Shown here one piece after another: positions 1 to 11,040 of a DNA stretch of 60,988 bases. The translations under genes and the position numbers were made by a program. Source of the DNA: Nostoc sp. (GTDB taxonomy: Bacteria > Cyanobacteriota > Cyanobacteriia > Cyanobacteriales > Nostocaceae); contig JBALDB010000013.1 in NCBI GenBank assembly GCA_036918135.1, forward strand, positions 1-60,988. Reading direction: 5' to 3'. The notes beneath the pieces are model-generated. The model saw only the letters and a list, made by a program, of their open reading frames with translations. It was not told where the DNA came from and did no database searches. Position 1 is the stretch's first letter, and each line of letters starts with the position of its first letter.

Positions 1-127
1 TTCTCTTAATAGGTTAATCTGATTCATAGGGGTTTCTTTGATTGTGTGGTAACTTTCCATGAAACCCTTTCTCTGTCTCACTTGCAAGCTTTTTTCTATT
101 TTTTGTCCTCTACTTAGATATTTAGTA

Positions 128-1141
128 CTAATTAGTAGTTTTTCGCTTTTTATCTAAGTTATAAGACATGTGAAAAGCCGATTTATTACCCATTATATAG
201 TATTGAATTCGACGCTGAATTATATTACTTGCTTGCAAGATAAAATAATAAAAAAATTGGGGATTTTTCCCCATTTGTGTCAATGCTGTTGACCATTTTC
301 CTTCTTTTAGAGGCTCAACAACTTCAAAGTAAGCTAGATTTTTTTTATAGACTGCAAGATTATGAGATAAAGCACGCATTAAAGCCGGATTTGTTTTCAC
401 AACTTCTTGTTGCATGAAATAATTAGTAGCTTTGCAGCTTTGATTTAGACGTGGCAATCGGCTTTGACGTACGAGTGAGCCTGGGCGTGAACGATAAAAA
501 TAATAGGGTTTTGGCTCAAGGAAAAAGCGAGCTCCTTTAATTAAGCATTTCATATCCAACCAAAAATCTTGACCCATCCTGATGGCTTCATCATATTCAA
601 TACCGTGGTGAACTAGAAATTCTCGTCTAAATAGAGGCTTAGTTAAACCAAGATGCAAGCCTTGTTGCCGATAAACATCAGTTTCCACAAAATAAACGAT
701 ATCAATTTGAGTAATTTTATCTATATTTTCTCCACTTTCTTCAATCAATGTACTCCAAGGAGACGCTTCACCATCGTTGATTAGATAAAGATCGTCAGCA
801 ATCATGTCTGCGTTTTTTTCATTCGCCAGCGATACAAGCTTTTCTAATCTTTCAGGAGCGTACCAATCATCTGAATCAAGCACAGCAATCCATTCACCTT
901 GTGCTGCTCTGAGGGCGCGATTACGCGCACCAGCAGCCCCAAGGTTTTGTTGATTAACTATCACTTTGAGACGTTGGTCAGTAAAACTTTTAGCAACTTC
1001 TACAGTTCGATCGCTTGAACAATCATCAACTACGATCGCTTCAATATCATTAAGCGTTTGGTCTAAAGCGGACTTTATTGCTTTTTCAATATAAGCCTCA
1101 GTATTGTAAGCAGGAATAATGATAGATACTTTGGGATTCAC
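128..1141 (-). CDS. Glycosyltransferase family 2 protein
   Basis: N-terminal VSIIIPAYN, VVDDCSSD and DSDD motifs of a GT-A/GT2 fold. Confidence 0.93.
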   Translation of the reverse strand: MNPKVSIIIPAYNTEAYIEKAIKSALDQTLNDIEAIVVDDCSSDRTVEVAKSFTDQRLKVIVNQQNLGAAGARNRALRAAQGEWIAVLDSDDWYAPERLEKLVSLANEKNADMIADDLYLINDGEASPWSTLIEESGENIDKITQIDIVYFVETDVYRQQGLHLGLTKPLFRREFLVHHGIEYDEAIRMGQDFWLDMKCLIKGARFFLEPKPYYFYRSRPGSLVRQSRLPRLNQSCKATNYFMQQEVVKTNPALMRALSHNLAVYKKNLAYFEVVEPLKEGKWSTALTQMGKNPQFFYYFILQASNIIQRRIQYYIMGNKSAFHMSYNLDKKRKTTN

Positions 1142-1542
1142 AAATATTGACCTCCTGACGACAAAGTTACGTAAAAATACTAAAGATATGACAAAACTAA
1201 ATTACTCTTTTTTCCTCTATACCTAAGTAGGTTAATCAAAACTAAACATCACTTGTTAAGGTCAAGCCTGGAATTTTAGAAATCTGTAGCCACTACACTC
1301 CTACCAGTGAGTCCATCACTGCAAGAGAGTTTTACGACCTAAAGTACTAGTGAGGCAGTCCGTTTTTTATGGTGTATGTACCCATTTCCTCCTGTAGATC
1401 GCAACAGCTGACAAAAGAGGTAGGTTCCTTGTTTTATAACAGCTAGTGTCGGTTTAAGGGATTTATAGTAATCAATGTAGAAAATAAGCACTTTACATTA
1501 TTTAATATAATTTGTTTTAGTTACAATTAGTTACTTTATACC

Positions 1543-1989
1543 TTAGATTAACTGACGTTTAAGGCTAGCTTCCATTGTATTAGTTAAAAAATGACCAGCC
1601 AAGATGCCACTACTGAGGTAGTATGTATCTTCTGAAATCCGGTGCAGGGTTTCAAAACCACTACGGCGCTGAGGATCGCCTAGTACCCAGTAATGCTGCA
1701 CAATCGTATCTAAACCAATCCAACCATCACCTTCAACTTGCCCGAAAATATTATGTTGTAGTAAAAAAGTATACTGACGCTCTCCATCATGCAAGCGTCC
1801 TTTGTATTGGAGAGAGATTTCTGTGCGATCGCTACCTGGGAATATCAGCTTTGTAGCCATAGTAAACCAGTTATCTCGATTCCAAGCTACCAAGGTCATA
1901 CCCTTGACACTGATTGGCAGACCATTACGTTCTAGCCAATTTCCTTGTATTGTCCAGCGTCCTGATTCCAATAAAAAAGTATGAGCCAC
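1543..1989 (-). CDS. Conserved cyanobacterial hypothetical protein
   Basis: 148-aa ORF with GTG start and AGAAGG RBS-like sequence; no function recognised. Confidence 0.75.
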   Translation of the reverse strand: MAHTFLLESGRWTIQGNWLERNGLPISVKGMTLVAWNRDNWFTMATKLIFPGSDRTEISLQYKGRLHDGERQYTFLLQHNIFGQVEGDGWIGLDTIVQHYWVLGDPQRRSGFETLHRISEDTYYLSSGILAGHFLTNTMEASLKRQLI

Positions 1990-2044
1990 CTTCTATATTT
2001 CCTGTCTCGCTCGAATGCTGTCAAGACTACAGTTATAGCAGTGT

Positions 2045-2192
2045 TGAGTGGGGCGTTGGGCATTGGGTATGGGGTAAGCCGGTAGTGTGGGAGGTGTGGG
2101 AGGTCTGGGAGGATGGGGAAGAAATCTTTCCCCCTTTCTCTCCCCACACTCCCCACACCTCCCTATCTCCCTATCTCTCCATCTCCCCTACT
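2045..2192. repeat. Low-complexity short tandem repeats (STRR-like) in inverted arrangement
   Basis: GTGGGAGGT-type units followed by complementary CCCCACACT/CCCTATCT units. Confidence 0.6.
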
Positions 2193-2194
2193 TT

Positions 2195-3442
2195 CTACTG
2201 GGGTATTTGGTGAATTTCTCCTAAAAGAACTTCACTAGGTGCCCCAGTGGCAGTTGGTAGGTTACCGGGAATACCCAAATATCGCCAGTAGGCTAAAACT
2301 GCGAAGGCGATCGCTTCTTTAAAATCTGCACTCAAGCCGACTTCATCTGTAGTTAGGACTGGTATTGATGCTAATAATAACTGTAATCTTTGTTTCAAAT
2401 AGAGATTGCGGCTACCGCCCCCACATAACAGTACCCGCTGTGGCATTTCTGATAAAAAAGTGTGGTAACTATGAGCAATTGAAGCAGCTGTCAGTTCTGT
2501 GAGAGTTGCCAATATGTCAGCAGAATTGAGTTGGTATGCTTGGGCATCTTTTAGACACTGTTCTAAGTATGTGACACCGAATAACTCTCGACCAGTGGAT
2601 TTGGGGGGCGGCAGATAAAAGTAGTCTTGGCTGAGCCATTGGTCTACCAATCGATAGCAAGGAGTACCACTTGCTGCCCAATTCCCATCTTCATCGTAAG
2701 TTTTAGCACCATCGCTTAAATGCTGTACTGCCAAATCCAACAGACTATTTCCGGGGCCAGTATCCCAACCGCGAATTTTTGATAGCCAGTCGCCCTGCCG
2801 AGGTGGAATATAAGCAACATTACCAATACCCCCAATGTTTTGAATACAACGCCCTTGGTGGGGATGGCTGAGTAAATAGGCATCTACTCTCGGAACCAGA
2901 GGCGCACCATGACCACCAATAGCAATATCAGCAGCACGGAAATTACTTACAGTTGTAATGCCCGTCAGATGAGCAATTAATGCACCGCGCCCTAGCTGGA
3001 GACTGTAGCCCAGAGGAGAGTGGCTAGAGACGCGATTAATCGCGTCTCTAGAAGGTGGGGAGTGAGAAGTATTTTTCTTGTCTATTGCGCGTTCTCTAAC
3101 TGGTCGATGATATACTGTCTGACCATGGGAGCCAATTAAATGAGCAGGCTGGTGACTTTGTTGAATATTTTGGGCGGCTTGGGCAAAGGTAAAAGCGATC
3201 GCATCATCGATTAAAGCCAATTCTGCCATTGATACGCTAGCGCCTGCACAAAGTGCTAATATTTTTTCTCTGAGTTCGGCTGGATAGGGGTATGTTTCCC
3301 CAGCTACCAAGTCAATTTTCAGATCCAATTCTTGACCAGAAATCTCTACCAAGGCAGCGTCTATGCCATCTACAGATGTGCCACTAATTAAACCAATAAC
3401 ACGAGTAGGGATAGCAGCTTTTTCATTCTCATGCATTGACAA
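2195..3442 (-). CDS. anmK: Anhydro-N-acetylmuramic acid kinase
   Basis: [50 protein letters not shown] and KEAIAFA motifs. Confidence 0.95.
   Translation of the reverse strand: MSMHENEKAAIPTRVIGLISGTSVDGIDAALVEISGQELDLKIDLVAGETYPYPAELREKILALCAGASVSMAELALIDDAIAFTFAQAAQNIQQSHQPAHLIGSHGQTVYHRPVRERAIDKKNTSHSPPSRDAINRVSSHSPLGYSLQLGRGALIAHLTGITTVSNFRAADIAIGGHGAPLVPRVDAYLLSHPHQGRCIQNIGGIGNVAYIPPRQGDWLSKIRGWDTGPGNSLLDLAVQHLSDGAKTYDEDGNWAASGTPCYRLVDQWLSQDYFYLPPPKSTGRELFGVTYLEQCLKDAQAYQLNSADILATLTELTAASIAHSYHTFLSEMPQRVLLCGGGSRNLYLKQRLQLLLASIPVLTTDEVGLSADFKEAIAFAVLAYWRYLGIPGNLPTATGAPSEVLLGEIHQIPQ
2307..2314. repeat. HIP1 octamer GCGATCGC (representative copy; many more across the window, e.g. 3195-3202)
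   Basis: Octamer recurs throughout coding and intergenic DNA; known cyanobacterial highly iterated palindrome. Confidence 0.9.
3024..3051. repeat. Perfect 28-bp REP-like palindrome inside anmK
   Basis: CTAGAGACGCGATTAATCGCGTCTCTAG; same core at 41471-41490 and, interrupted, at 12331-12400. Confidence 0.9.
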
Positions 3443-3681
3443 ATATTCTATTTTAGATTTATTAACGGTAGTTTAACAGTTACCAGTGTTCGTACCACTG
3501 ATAGTATCTCTGGGAGCAAGTAGAAAGCTAAAAATGCTGATTAGATTCAGATATTACCTGTCCTTTGTGCTGGAATCAACATTTTATTTCCTATTTGACT
3601 GCTAGTTAATAAAGCCATCAGCTTCATAGGAAGAAGTCGATATGATAGAAAAGTAGATAAAACTTAAAAAATATTCATCAA

Positions 3682-5094
3682 ATGCTGATTCAATCATCTG
3701 GTTTGTCCAAGGTAAAAGATTCAGTTACAGAAAAAATCTTTTTGGGCAATCAACCAAATGCTGAGTTAATTGCAATTCTCGCAGTTTACTTTGTCCAAGG
3801 AATTTTAGGACTATCGCGTTTAGCTGTCAGCTTTTTCCTCAAAGATGAACTGCTATTAAGTCCAGTCCAAGTGTCGGCATTACTCGGAGCTGCCTTCCTA
3901 CCTTGGATGATTAAGCCAATGTTTGGTTTTATCTCTGATGGCTTGCCGATATTTGGCTATCGCAGGCGTCCTTATTTGATTTTATCGGGGATACTGGGAA
4001 CTGTTTCCTGGGTGAGTTTGGCAACAATAGTTCATACTAGCTGGGCAGCAGCGGTAGCCATTGCTGTGAGTTCTTTGTCTGTTGCTATGAGTGATGTCAT
4101 AGTTGACTCACTGGTTGTCGAACGAGCTAGAGGCGAATCGCAAGCCAAAGCAGGTTCACTACAATCTCTGTGTTGGGGTAGTTCTGCGATCGGAGGTTTG
4201 ATAACAGCATACTTTAGCGGTCTGCTCCTGCAATACTTTACTACACGTACTGTCTTTTGGATTACCGCCTTATTTCCTCTGATTGTCTCAGGGGCAGCTT
4301 GGTTGATTGCTGAGTCCCCCGTTAGCAAAGATGCTAAAGATACTGATCGCACTAACTCTCTAACAATCAAACATCAACTGGGTCAACTACGGCAAGCCCT
4401 GAGTCAAAAAGCAATTTGGCTACCAACAGTATTTATCTTCATCTGGCAAGCTACTCCCAGTGCTGACTCCGCTTTTTTCTACTTCACCACTAACGAACTG
4501 CACTTTGAACCGGAATTCTTAGGACGAGTCCATTTAGTGACAAGTTTCGCTTCTTTAGCAGGTGTTTGGATTTTTCAACGTTTCCTCAAAAGCATTCCTT
4601 TTCGTGTGATTTTTACTTGGAGTGCCGTCCTTTCCTCAATTTTGGGGATGACGATGCTGTTATTAGTGACTCATACTAATCGGCTATTGGGTATAGATGA
4701 CCACTGGTTTAGTTTGGGTGATAGTCTTATTCTCTCTGTAATGGGGAAAATTGCCTTTATGCAAGTAATGGTGCTAGCAGCAAGGCTTTGTCCTTCTGGA
4801 GTGGAAGCAACATTATTTGCCTTATTAATGTCAGTGTTCAATTTAGGAGGAAGCGTTTCCCATGCATTTGGAGCCTTAATCACTTATTGGTTGGGAATCA
4901 CAGCAACGAACTTTGATTTGCTTTGGCTGTTAGTGCTGATTACTAACCTCAGTACGCTGTTACCTCTACCATTTGTCAACTGGTTACCTGCTGAAGAGAA
5001 AATTCAGCTACCAAAGGATGAGCAAGAATTGTTTATGCCAAATTTAATATCTAAGTTAGCGATCGGAGAACCAGAGTCAGAAGTAGTTGAGTAA
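3682..5094 (+). CDS. Folate/biopterin MFS transporter (BT1 family)
   Basis: About 12 hydrophobic segments; VYFVQG, PWMIKP, SDGLPIFGYRRRPY and CPSGVEATLFALLMS motifs. Confidence 0.92.
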   Translation: MLIQSSGLSKVKDSVTEKIFLGNQPNAELIAILAVYFVQGILGLSRLAVSFFLKDELLLSPVQVSALLGAAFLPWMIKPMFGFISDGLPIFGYRRRPYLILSGILGTVSWVSLATIVHTSWAAAVAIAVSSLSVAMSDVIVDSLVVERARGESQAKAGSLQSLCWGSSAIGGLITAYFSGLLLQYFTTRTVFWITALFPLIVSGAAWLIAESPVSKDAKDTDRTNSLTIKHQLGQLRQALSQKAIWLPTVFIFIWQATPSADSAFFYFTTNELHFEPEFLGRVHLVTSFASLAGVWIFQRFLKSIPFRVIFTWSAVLSSILGMTMLLLVTHTNRLLGIDDHWFSLGDSLILSVMGKIAFMQVMVLAARLCPSGVEATLFALLMSVFNLGGSVSHAFGALITYWLGITATNFDLLWLLVLITNLSTLLPLPFVNWLPAEEKIQLPKDEQELFMPNLISKLAIGEPESEVVE

Positions 5095-5780
5095 TAGTAG
5101 TTTTTCTGTACGGTTTGTATATAATTAGAGATTGTTTTATTTCTGTACAGGTAATTCTACTATTTGATTTCTACACGAAAAAGCGCTTGAGAGTTTTGCT
5201 CACCCAAGCGCTTCCCCGTATAACTTTGTACCAACTCACTAGTTTGATGCAACATTTGTAATCTGCAATACCCCTGAGGAAGGAGGATTGCAGGTATAAA
5301 TTGTGACAAACATGTGGTGAAATGGTATCACTCCTTGCACTAATTAAGAATATCTCTTTTGCAATCAAATTAAGGTTTTAATGAGTGACAGTTTATCAAC
5401 TGACACTAGTTAAAAACGACTCTCAGTGAATAGTAATTAAAAATACTTACCAAGCAGCTAGCAAATTTAGAGATATAGTATAAAAAGTTATAATTAATTG
5501 GCGATCGCTTCACGCCAAGTACAAATAAAATACTTCAACTTCTATGTGGTAAGATTGATTTCCTCAAATAGAGGTATTATCCGAGTTGGAGTCTCATATA
5601 AATTAGAAAGGTCAAACTGACTTTCATTACCTCTTACAATACTCTGGCTATGATTTAGAAAATACACAATAAGACTGGTGACGAAGTGAGTGTAATTTGT
5701 AAAGAAATATCTAGAATTTGCTACCAGACTGAGACAACTTCTGACAATTGTGACTTTTATTTGACTTTTAGGATAGACAC

Positions 5781-6932
5781 ATGAACGATAAGCTGATGCT
5801 GATGATTCCTGGTCCCACCCCAGTACCAGAAGCTGCCTTACTGGCACTAGCCAAGCATCCGATTGGACACCGCACTAGTGAATTTAGCAATATCTTGGCA
5901 GAGGTGACAGAAAACCTCAAGTGGCTGCACCAAACTCAAAGTGATGTACTGATGCTGAATGTTAGCGGTACAGGTGCAGTAGAAGCTGGGATAATTAATT
6001 TTCTCTCTCCAGGCGATCGCATTTTGGTTGGTTCTAACGGGAAGTTTGGCGAACGTTGGGTAGAAATCGGTCAAGCCTACGGTTTGAATGTAGAAGAAGT
6101 TAAAGTTGAATGGGGAAAACCTTTAGATCCAGAAGTATTTGCTCAAAAACTCCAAGCAGATACCCAAAAGGAAATCAAGGCGGTAATCATTACCCACAGC
6201 GAAACTTCAACGGGTGTATTGAATGACCTGGAATCCATCAACAGCCACGTTAAAGAACATGGTGAAGCTTTAATTATTGTTGATGCTGTGACTAGCTTGG
6301 GTGCGTTCAATCTACCTGTAGATGCTTGGGGCTTAGATGTAGTCGCCTCTGGTTCTCAAAAAGGTTATATGATTCCACCAGGATTGGGTTTTGTCTCTGT
6401 TAGTCCCAAAGCTTGGGAAGCTTACAAAACCGCAAAATTACCGAAATATTATTTGGATTTAAGCAAATATCGCAAAGCTGCAGCCAAGAATACGACTCCA
6501 TTTACTCCTCCTGTAAACATGATTGTAGCGCTGCATACTACGTTACGAATCATGAAAGAAGAAGGTTTAGAGTCAATATTTGCTCGACACGAACGGTTAA
6601 AAAATGCTACCCGCGCCGCCATTAAAGGGTTGAACTTACCCCTGCTTGCAGCAGATAGTAACGCTAGTCCGGCAATTACAGCTGTAGCGCCACAGGGAAT
6701 TGAACCTGATAAGATTCGGTCATTGATGAAAAAGCGGTTTGATATTGCTTTAGCAGGCGGACAAGACCATCTAAGCAATAAAATTTTCCGCATTGGTCAC
6801 TTGGGTTTTGTGAGCGATCGCGATATCCTCAGCTGCATAGCATCCTTAGAAGTTACCTTAAGAGAACTTGGCTATGAAGACTTCACCCCTGGTTCTGGTG
6901 TAGCAGCAGCAGCTAAAGTCTTTACAGAATAA
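5781..6932 (+). CDS. Class V PLP aminotransferase (alanine-glyoxylate/serine-pyruvate type)
   Basis: LMIPGPT, HSETSTG, VDAVTS, GSQKG (PLP lysine) and FRIGHLG motifs. Confidence 0.92.
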   Translation: MNDKLMLMIPGPTPVPEAALLALAKHPIGHRTSEFSNILAEVTENLKWLHQTQSDVLMLNVSGTGAVEAGIINFLSPGDRILVGSNGKFGERWVEIGQAYGLNVEEVKVEWGKPLDPEVFAQKLQADTQKEIKAVIITHSETSTGVLNDLESINSHVKEHGEALIIVDAVTSLGAFNLPVDAWGLDVVASGSQKGYMIPPGLGFVSVSPKAWEAYKTAKLPKYYLDLSKYRKAAAKNTTPFTPPVNMIVALHTTLRIMKEEGLESIFARHERLKNATRAAIKGLNLPLLAADSNASPAITAVAPQGIEPDKIRSLMKKRFDIALAGGQDHLSNKIFRIGHLGFVSDRDILSCIASLEVTLRELGYEDFTPGSGVAAAAKVFTE

Positions 6933-6963
6933 TCATTGGGCATTTGTCCTCTCTTACAAAGTT

Positions 6964-7008
6964 GAGGCAGTCTGTTGGAGGGGTTCCCCCGCTTAAAGGA
7001 ACTGCCGT
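6964..7008 (+). mobile_element. 45-nt hairpin element inserted into another small repeat
   Basis: GAGGCAGT...ACTGCCGT splits a host sequence that is intact at 37922-37980. Confidence 0.8.
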
Positions 7009-7042
7009 CTGCTCCAAGGAAGCCTTGGCTCAGACTTTGCGC

Positions 7043-7107
7043 TTTGTTCTTTGTCAGTTGTCATTTAATGACCAATGACTAATGATTAATAACTAATGAC
7101 CAATGAC
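7043..7107. repeat. STRR heptamer array (AATGACC/AATGACT and complement)
   Basis: Repeated AATGAC(C/T/A) units. Confidence 0.7.
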
Positions 7108-7153
7108 AAATCAAAAGAGCGAGTAGAATCATCAACTCGCTCTTTTGATTTGT
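7106..7153. terminator. Bidirectional intrinsic terminator-like hairpin
   Basis: 19-bp perfect stem ACAAATCAAAAGAGCGAGT/ACTCGCTCTTTTGATTTGT between convergent genes. Confidence 0.75.
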
Positions 7154-7346
7154 ATGTAAATGAGTAAAAACCGCTAGAGACAATTTTCCCATATATCAAC
7201 CTTTTCATAAGTTAAAGTGGATATGACATGCCTCAATTCATTTGAATGAGCTACTCATAAACTACCCTGACTTTAATTTACATTCAGTTAATAGCCAATA
7301 AACTAGCACGATCGCCTTTCCTCCTTTTAAATTTTAAATTCATTAA

Positions 7347-7538
7347 TTATGCCGTCTCTAGCCAATCATAAATTTGCTCCAACTGCTCTAGAGTAATCAA
7401 TCCGTATTGCCAAAGAATCATCGGTAAAGGCCCTGGGTCTTGCTCCCGACGACGAAGCGCCACCGCTAATGAAGCTGTGGAAATTGCTAAATCTTCTTGC
7501 AAAAAATGAATCAGTCGAGAATATTTTGATGGTGACAT
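7347..7538 (-). CDS. DUF2949 family small protein
   Basis: LIHFLQEDLAIS...GPLPMILWQYGLITLEQLEQIYDWLE; ATG at 7538 follows a GGAGG RBS. Confidence 0.88.
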   Translation of the reverse strand: MSPSKYSRLIHFLQEDLAISTASLAVALRRREQDPGPLPMILWQYGLITLEQLEQIYDWLETA

Positions 7539-8052
7539 TTGTATCTCACCTCCTTGTACAGAGTGTATTGTCATATATCAGTTAATTATTACGTTAGTAG
7601 CTACTAGCCAATATTCGATCTGTCATTGTGCCGTTATCGACCATACACCTAGACCCAGTTTTTGCGATTTGCCTGACAAAGAGGCTTCTCATAGAAGGTC
7701 TAGTAAATAAATTTTGTACAAATCATCTGCTAAAGATTTAAGCAGCATTTATACCTACTTAAATTGACTCATCTTGTTTACTTTTGTGCTTGAGTTAATG
7801 ACACATGTAGTAACAAAGATTCCATAGCCTATACTCCCTTATTGGCCACTATTTACACTTACGCCTAAGGGAATATTTTTGCGACCAAACCTTAAAACTG
7901 CGATTTCAGCTTGAAGACGGTAGGATTTTACATTATTACCACAGTTTTTAAATAGTAGCCTTACATGTGACTGTTTTACAACATTAAGTGACATTTTTTA
8001 CAAAAAAAACATAGATTTTGATGCCTTAAACTTTAAACAAAGCACCAGAATC

Positions 8053-8559
8053 TCAAAACTCAACTTTGACAATATCGCCGACTTTTAAATTTAATTCGGC
8101 AGCTCGTCCAGACCGAAGTTCAATTACCTTGTCAATTAGTGTACTAGAACCATAGGTAGGACAAGGCTCTTTAGCACATGGAGGTGCAGCTGCTTGAATA
8201 TATTTAACTACACCATTCTGTAGAAATACCATATCTAAAGCCACAGGTACATTCTTCATCCAAAAGCTGACTGGTCGTACTGAAGGGAACACAAACAGCA
8301 TTCCTCGGTCGTTTGGTAAAGCTGGGCGATACATTAACCCCATCGCTTGCTGTTGTGAGGTCTTTGCCACTTCTAGCTGAATAGTTGTGCCATTAGGGAC
8401 AATGGCTTTACCAGAAATTGGTAGTGTTTGACCTAAACTCTCTGGTGCTGGAGTTTGAGAACCGGATGTGGGGGCGGGAGGTATAGCTGTGGTTGGCATA
8501 GAACAACCCATCAGCATAATACCCAGCAACATTGAGACCAAGCTTAGGCAACGAGTCAT
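8053..8559 (-). CDS. DUF192 family lipoprotein
   Basis: Lipobox LMGC; GLMYR, GMLFVF, FWMKN and VIEL motifs. Confidence 0.9.
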   Translation of the reverse strand: MTRCLSLVSMLLGIMLMGCSMPTTAIPPAPTSGSQTPAPESLGQTLPISGKAIVPNGTTIQLEVAKTSQQQAMGLMYRPALPNDRGMLFVFPSVRPVSFWMKNVPVALDMVFLQNGVVKYIQAAAPPCAKEPCPTYGSSTLIDKVIELRSGRAAELNLKVGDIVKVEF

Positions 8560-8695
8560 ATAATTTTTTGATTCTGTAATTTAGATTTCAATTTTACAGA
8601 ATTTCCAGCAATTTGGATTTTAATTGACCATATTCTAGAGACTTTTAATCAAACCTCTCTCCAGACGAATGAATCAGCACTAATAAAAGTAAGTA

Positions 8696-9382
8696 CTAGG
8701 ATTCTCTTAAAACGTAGCCGACACCTCGCACCGTTTGGATGAGGCGCTTTTGTCCTTCATCTTCAATTTTTAGACGCAAGTAGCGGATGTACACTTCTAT
8801 GACATTCGATTCACCAAGAAAGTCGTAACCCCAAACATTTTCCAGAATTTGTTCGCGGGTTAAGACTTCACGGGGATGTTCCATTAAGAATTTTAATAGT
8901 TCAAATTCCTTCATTGTCAAGTCAATTGCCCGTCCGTTGTATATGGCACGGCGAGTTGCGATGTCTAAAATTAGATCCCCAAAGCGCAATTGCTCTGTGG
9001 TATCGACATCGGGTTTTAAGTAGAGGCGAATTAACTTCAAAAAGTCTTCTGAGCGGTAAGGTTTGAGGATATAATCATCAGCCCCAGCTTCTAGACAGGC
9101 TACACGATCGTCAACTGTATCCCTTGCCATTAAAATTAACACAGGCGATCGCATACCAGTGCTTCTGAGATTTTTGCACAATGAGAGTCCTGATTCTCCT
9201 GCTAGCATCCGGTCTAAAACAATTAAAGCAGGCTGGCGATCGCGACAGTGTTGCAACCCACTAGTGGCGTCATGAGCCAAAATTGATTCATACCCAGCTT
9301 CTTGCAAATCGCAAGCAAGCTGAGAGGCTAGGTTCTCATCGGTTTCAACCACCAAAACACAGGGACTTTGAGCAAGTGTCAT
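8696..9382 (-). CDS. nblR: OmpR-family response regulator NblR
   Basis: Atypical receiver (VVETDE, LMARD) plus winged-helix domain; neighbours DUF192 and NAD kinase. Confidence 0.9.
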   Translation of the reverse strand: MTLAQSPCVLVVETDENLASQLACDLQEAGYESILAHDATSGLQHCRDRQPALIVLDRMLAGESGLSLCKNLRSTGMRSPVLILMARDTVDDRVACLEAGADDYILKPYRSEDFLKLIRLYLKPDVDTTEQLRFGDLILDIATRRAIYNGRAIDLTMKEFELLKFLMEHPREVLTREQILENVWGYDFLGESNVIEVYIRYLRLKIEDEGQKRLIQTVRGVGYVLRES

Positions 9383-9681
9383 AAAAATTGGGGATATTGG
9401 ATTTGGATTGTAAAAACTTTCTCAAAAATGTTTTTACATCAGTTAGAAGTGCAATTACGAGTTTGTCAAGATGGAACAATCCTGATTTGACAGATTATTT
9501 AGGATGTTTTAGCACAGTTCAGGTATCAGCCACCGAATTCTCAAATGCAATTTTAATAACTAACTCCAAATACCATTCTTACACCAGTAATTCTGGAAGA
9601 AAATCACCAAATTGGCTATGGTGTATGGGACATAGGGAGCATGGGAGTAGAAGAGACAAGAGGAAAAGCGGACAATGAAAA

Positions 9682-9788
9682 TATAGCCGTAGTCACACCC
9701 TTTAGGACAGAAGGATGGGGTGAAAGAAGAGAGTTAGCAATAGTTTTACCTCCTGCCTCCGCGCTAAAGCCTCCTGCCTCCTGCTATA
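9682..9788 (+). mobile_element. MITE-like element with TATAGC...GCTATA ends (family T)
   Basis: Near-identical ends to 58881-58988 and, inverted, 50278-50363; internal CCTCCTG heptamers. Confidence 0.75.
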
Positions 9789-9842
9789 AATCCTAACCAA
9801 AGAAGACAGCAAACGTCTCCGGCAAGGATCGACGCTCAACAG

Positions 9843-9911
9843 GAGCCAGTGCGTTGGGTGGCTCTGCCGACTTGTTCGCGTAGCGTCTCCGATAGGAGAA
9901 GCAACTGGCGT
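9843..9911 (+). mobile_element. 45-nt hairpin element carrying a nested 24-nt small dispersed repeat (9875-9898)
   Basis: GAGCCAGT...ACTGGCGT; removing TTCGCGTAGCGTCTCCGATAGGAG restores the 45-nt family length. Confidence 0.75.
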
Positions 9912-9963
9912 TCATCAGTTATCAGTCAACACTTTCTATTTAGCAATGCTCAGTATCCAATAA

Positions 9964-10881
9964 CTACGGCAATTCTACAGAAGTTGGTTTAGCGATATGT
10001 GGCAAACCCCAACCTAATTTTTCTCGCAAAATTCGGAAAAACTCTGGTGGTTGCAGGCGAATAAATCGGACAATATATTGCGATCGCTCTATATATACTC
10101 GATCCTCTGGTAGTACATAGCATCCCCCATTACCATCTACTACCATTACCAACCGAGGAATATTGACTGGGTAGATATTGACTGACTCTGTATCTGGAAA
10201 TACCAATGCTCTAGAAGCCAAGGAATGTGGGCAAATGGGCACTAGTTGTAGAGCAGGTACGCCAGGAGTGACCACTGGACCACCAGCACTTAATGAATAA
10301 GCTGTGGAACCAGTTGGCGTAGAAACAATCACACCATCAGCTGCAATATCTACTGGTGCGTGACGCCCGATGGCAATTTCAAAATGGCACATAGAGGTCA
10401 AAGGTTCGCGATGCAGTACCATTTCATTCAAGCAGAGAGCTTCCCACTGTACTGAATCTCCCCGGAACACTTTCACCGTGAGCATGGCTCGTTCTTCAAT
10501 TTCATACTCACCCGCCATCACCTGCTCTAGTGCTTGGGGCAATTGATTGAGGAAAGTTTCCGTTAAAAATCCCATATGCCCGGTATTCACTGTTAGCAGT
10601 GGAATACTATAGGGGGCTACCTGACGAGATGCTGCTAAAACAGTGCCATCTCCTCCTAACACCACTGCAAATTTCATCTCTGAGTCAAAACCAGGTGGTG
10701 TCAGACCGTCTAACGGGGTGTGGCATACAGGACTATCAGGGTTAGAGTAGCCCAATATGCCACCGATACTTGATGTGATACACACATCCCAACCGGCAGC
10801 GGTTAGCTTGTCTTTTAACTCGATAGCGACACGACCGGCTATCGGTTTAATGTCATTGTAGATAATGCCTGCTTTCGGCAC
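9964..10881 (-). CDS. nadK: NAD(+) kinase
   Basis: GGDGT, LNE and [14 protein letters not shown] motifs; probable GTG start (ORF track extends to 10887). Confidence 0.95.
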   Translation of the reverse strand: MPKAGIIYNDIKPIAGRVAIELKDKLTAAGWDVCITSSIGGILGYSNPDSPVCHTPLDGLTPPGFDSEMKFAVVLGGDGTVLAASRQVAPYSIPLLTVNTGHMGFLTETFLNQLPQALEQVMAGEYEIEERAMLTVKVFRGDSVQWEALCLNEMVLHREPLTSMCHFEIAIGRHAPVDIAADGVIVSTPTGSTAYSLSAGGPVVTPGVPALQLVPICPHSLASRALVFPDTESVNIYPVNIPRLVMVVDGNGGCYVLPEDRVYIERSQYIVRFIRLQPPEFFRILREKLGWGLPHIAKPTSVELP

Positions 10882-11040
10882 ACTCAAATATCCAAGTTTA
10901 GGCGATGCTCTGTATTATGTAATCGTTACACATTTTTGACCATGTGTTCATTAATTTAGCTAAATCGGGCAGAAGCTCCGCTCTACAGCAGGCGTTCAGC
11001 CTCAGCTAGTTCACACTCTAGTGTCTACTGAGTCTAATGG

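Noticed and set aside
1914..2213. 99-aa and 74-aa ORFs
   Set aside because: Translations of short tandem repeats that overlap real genes
5171..5368. 65-aa ORF or structured RNA in the transporter-aminotransferase spacer
   Set aside because: Weak start, no recognisable motif, only modest hairpins
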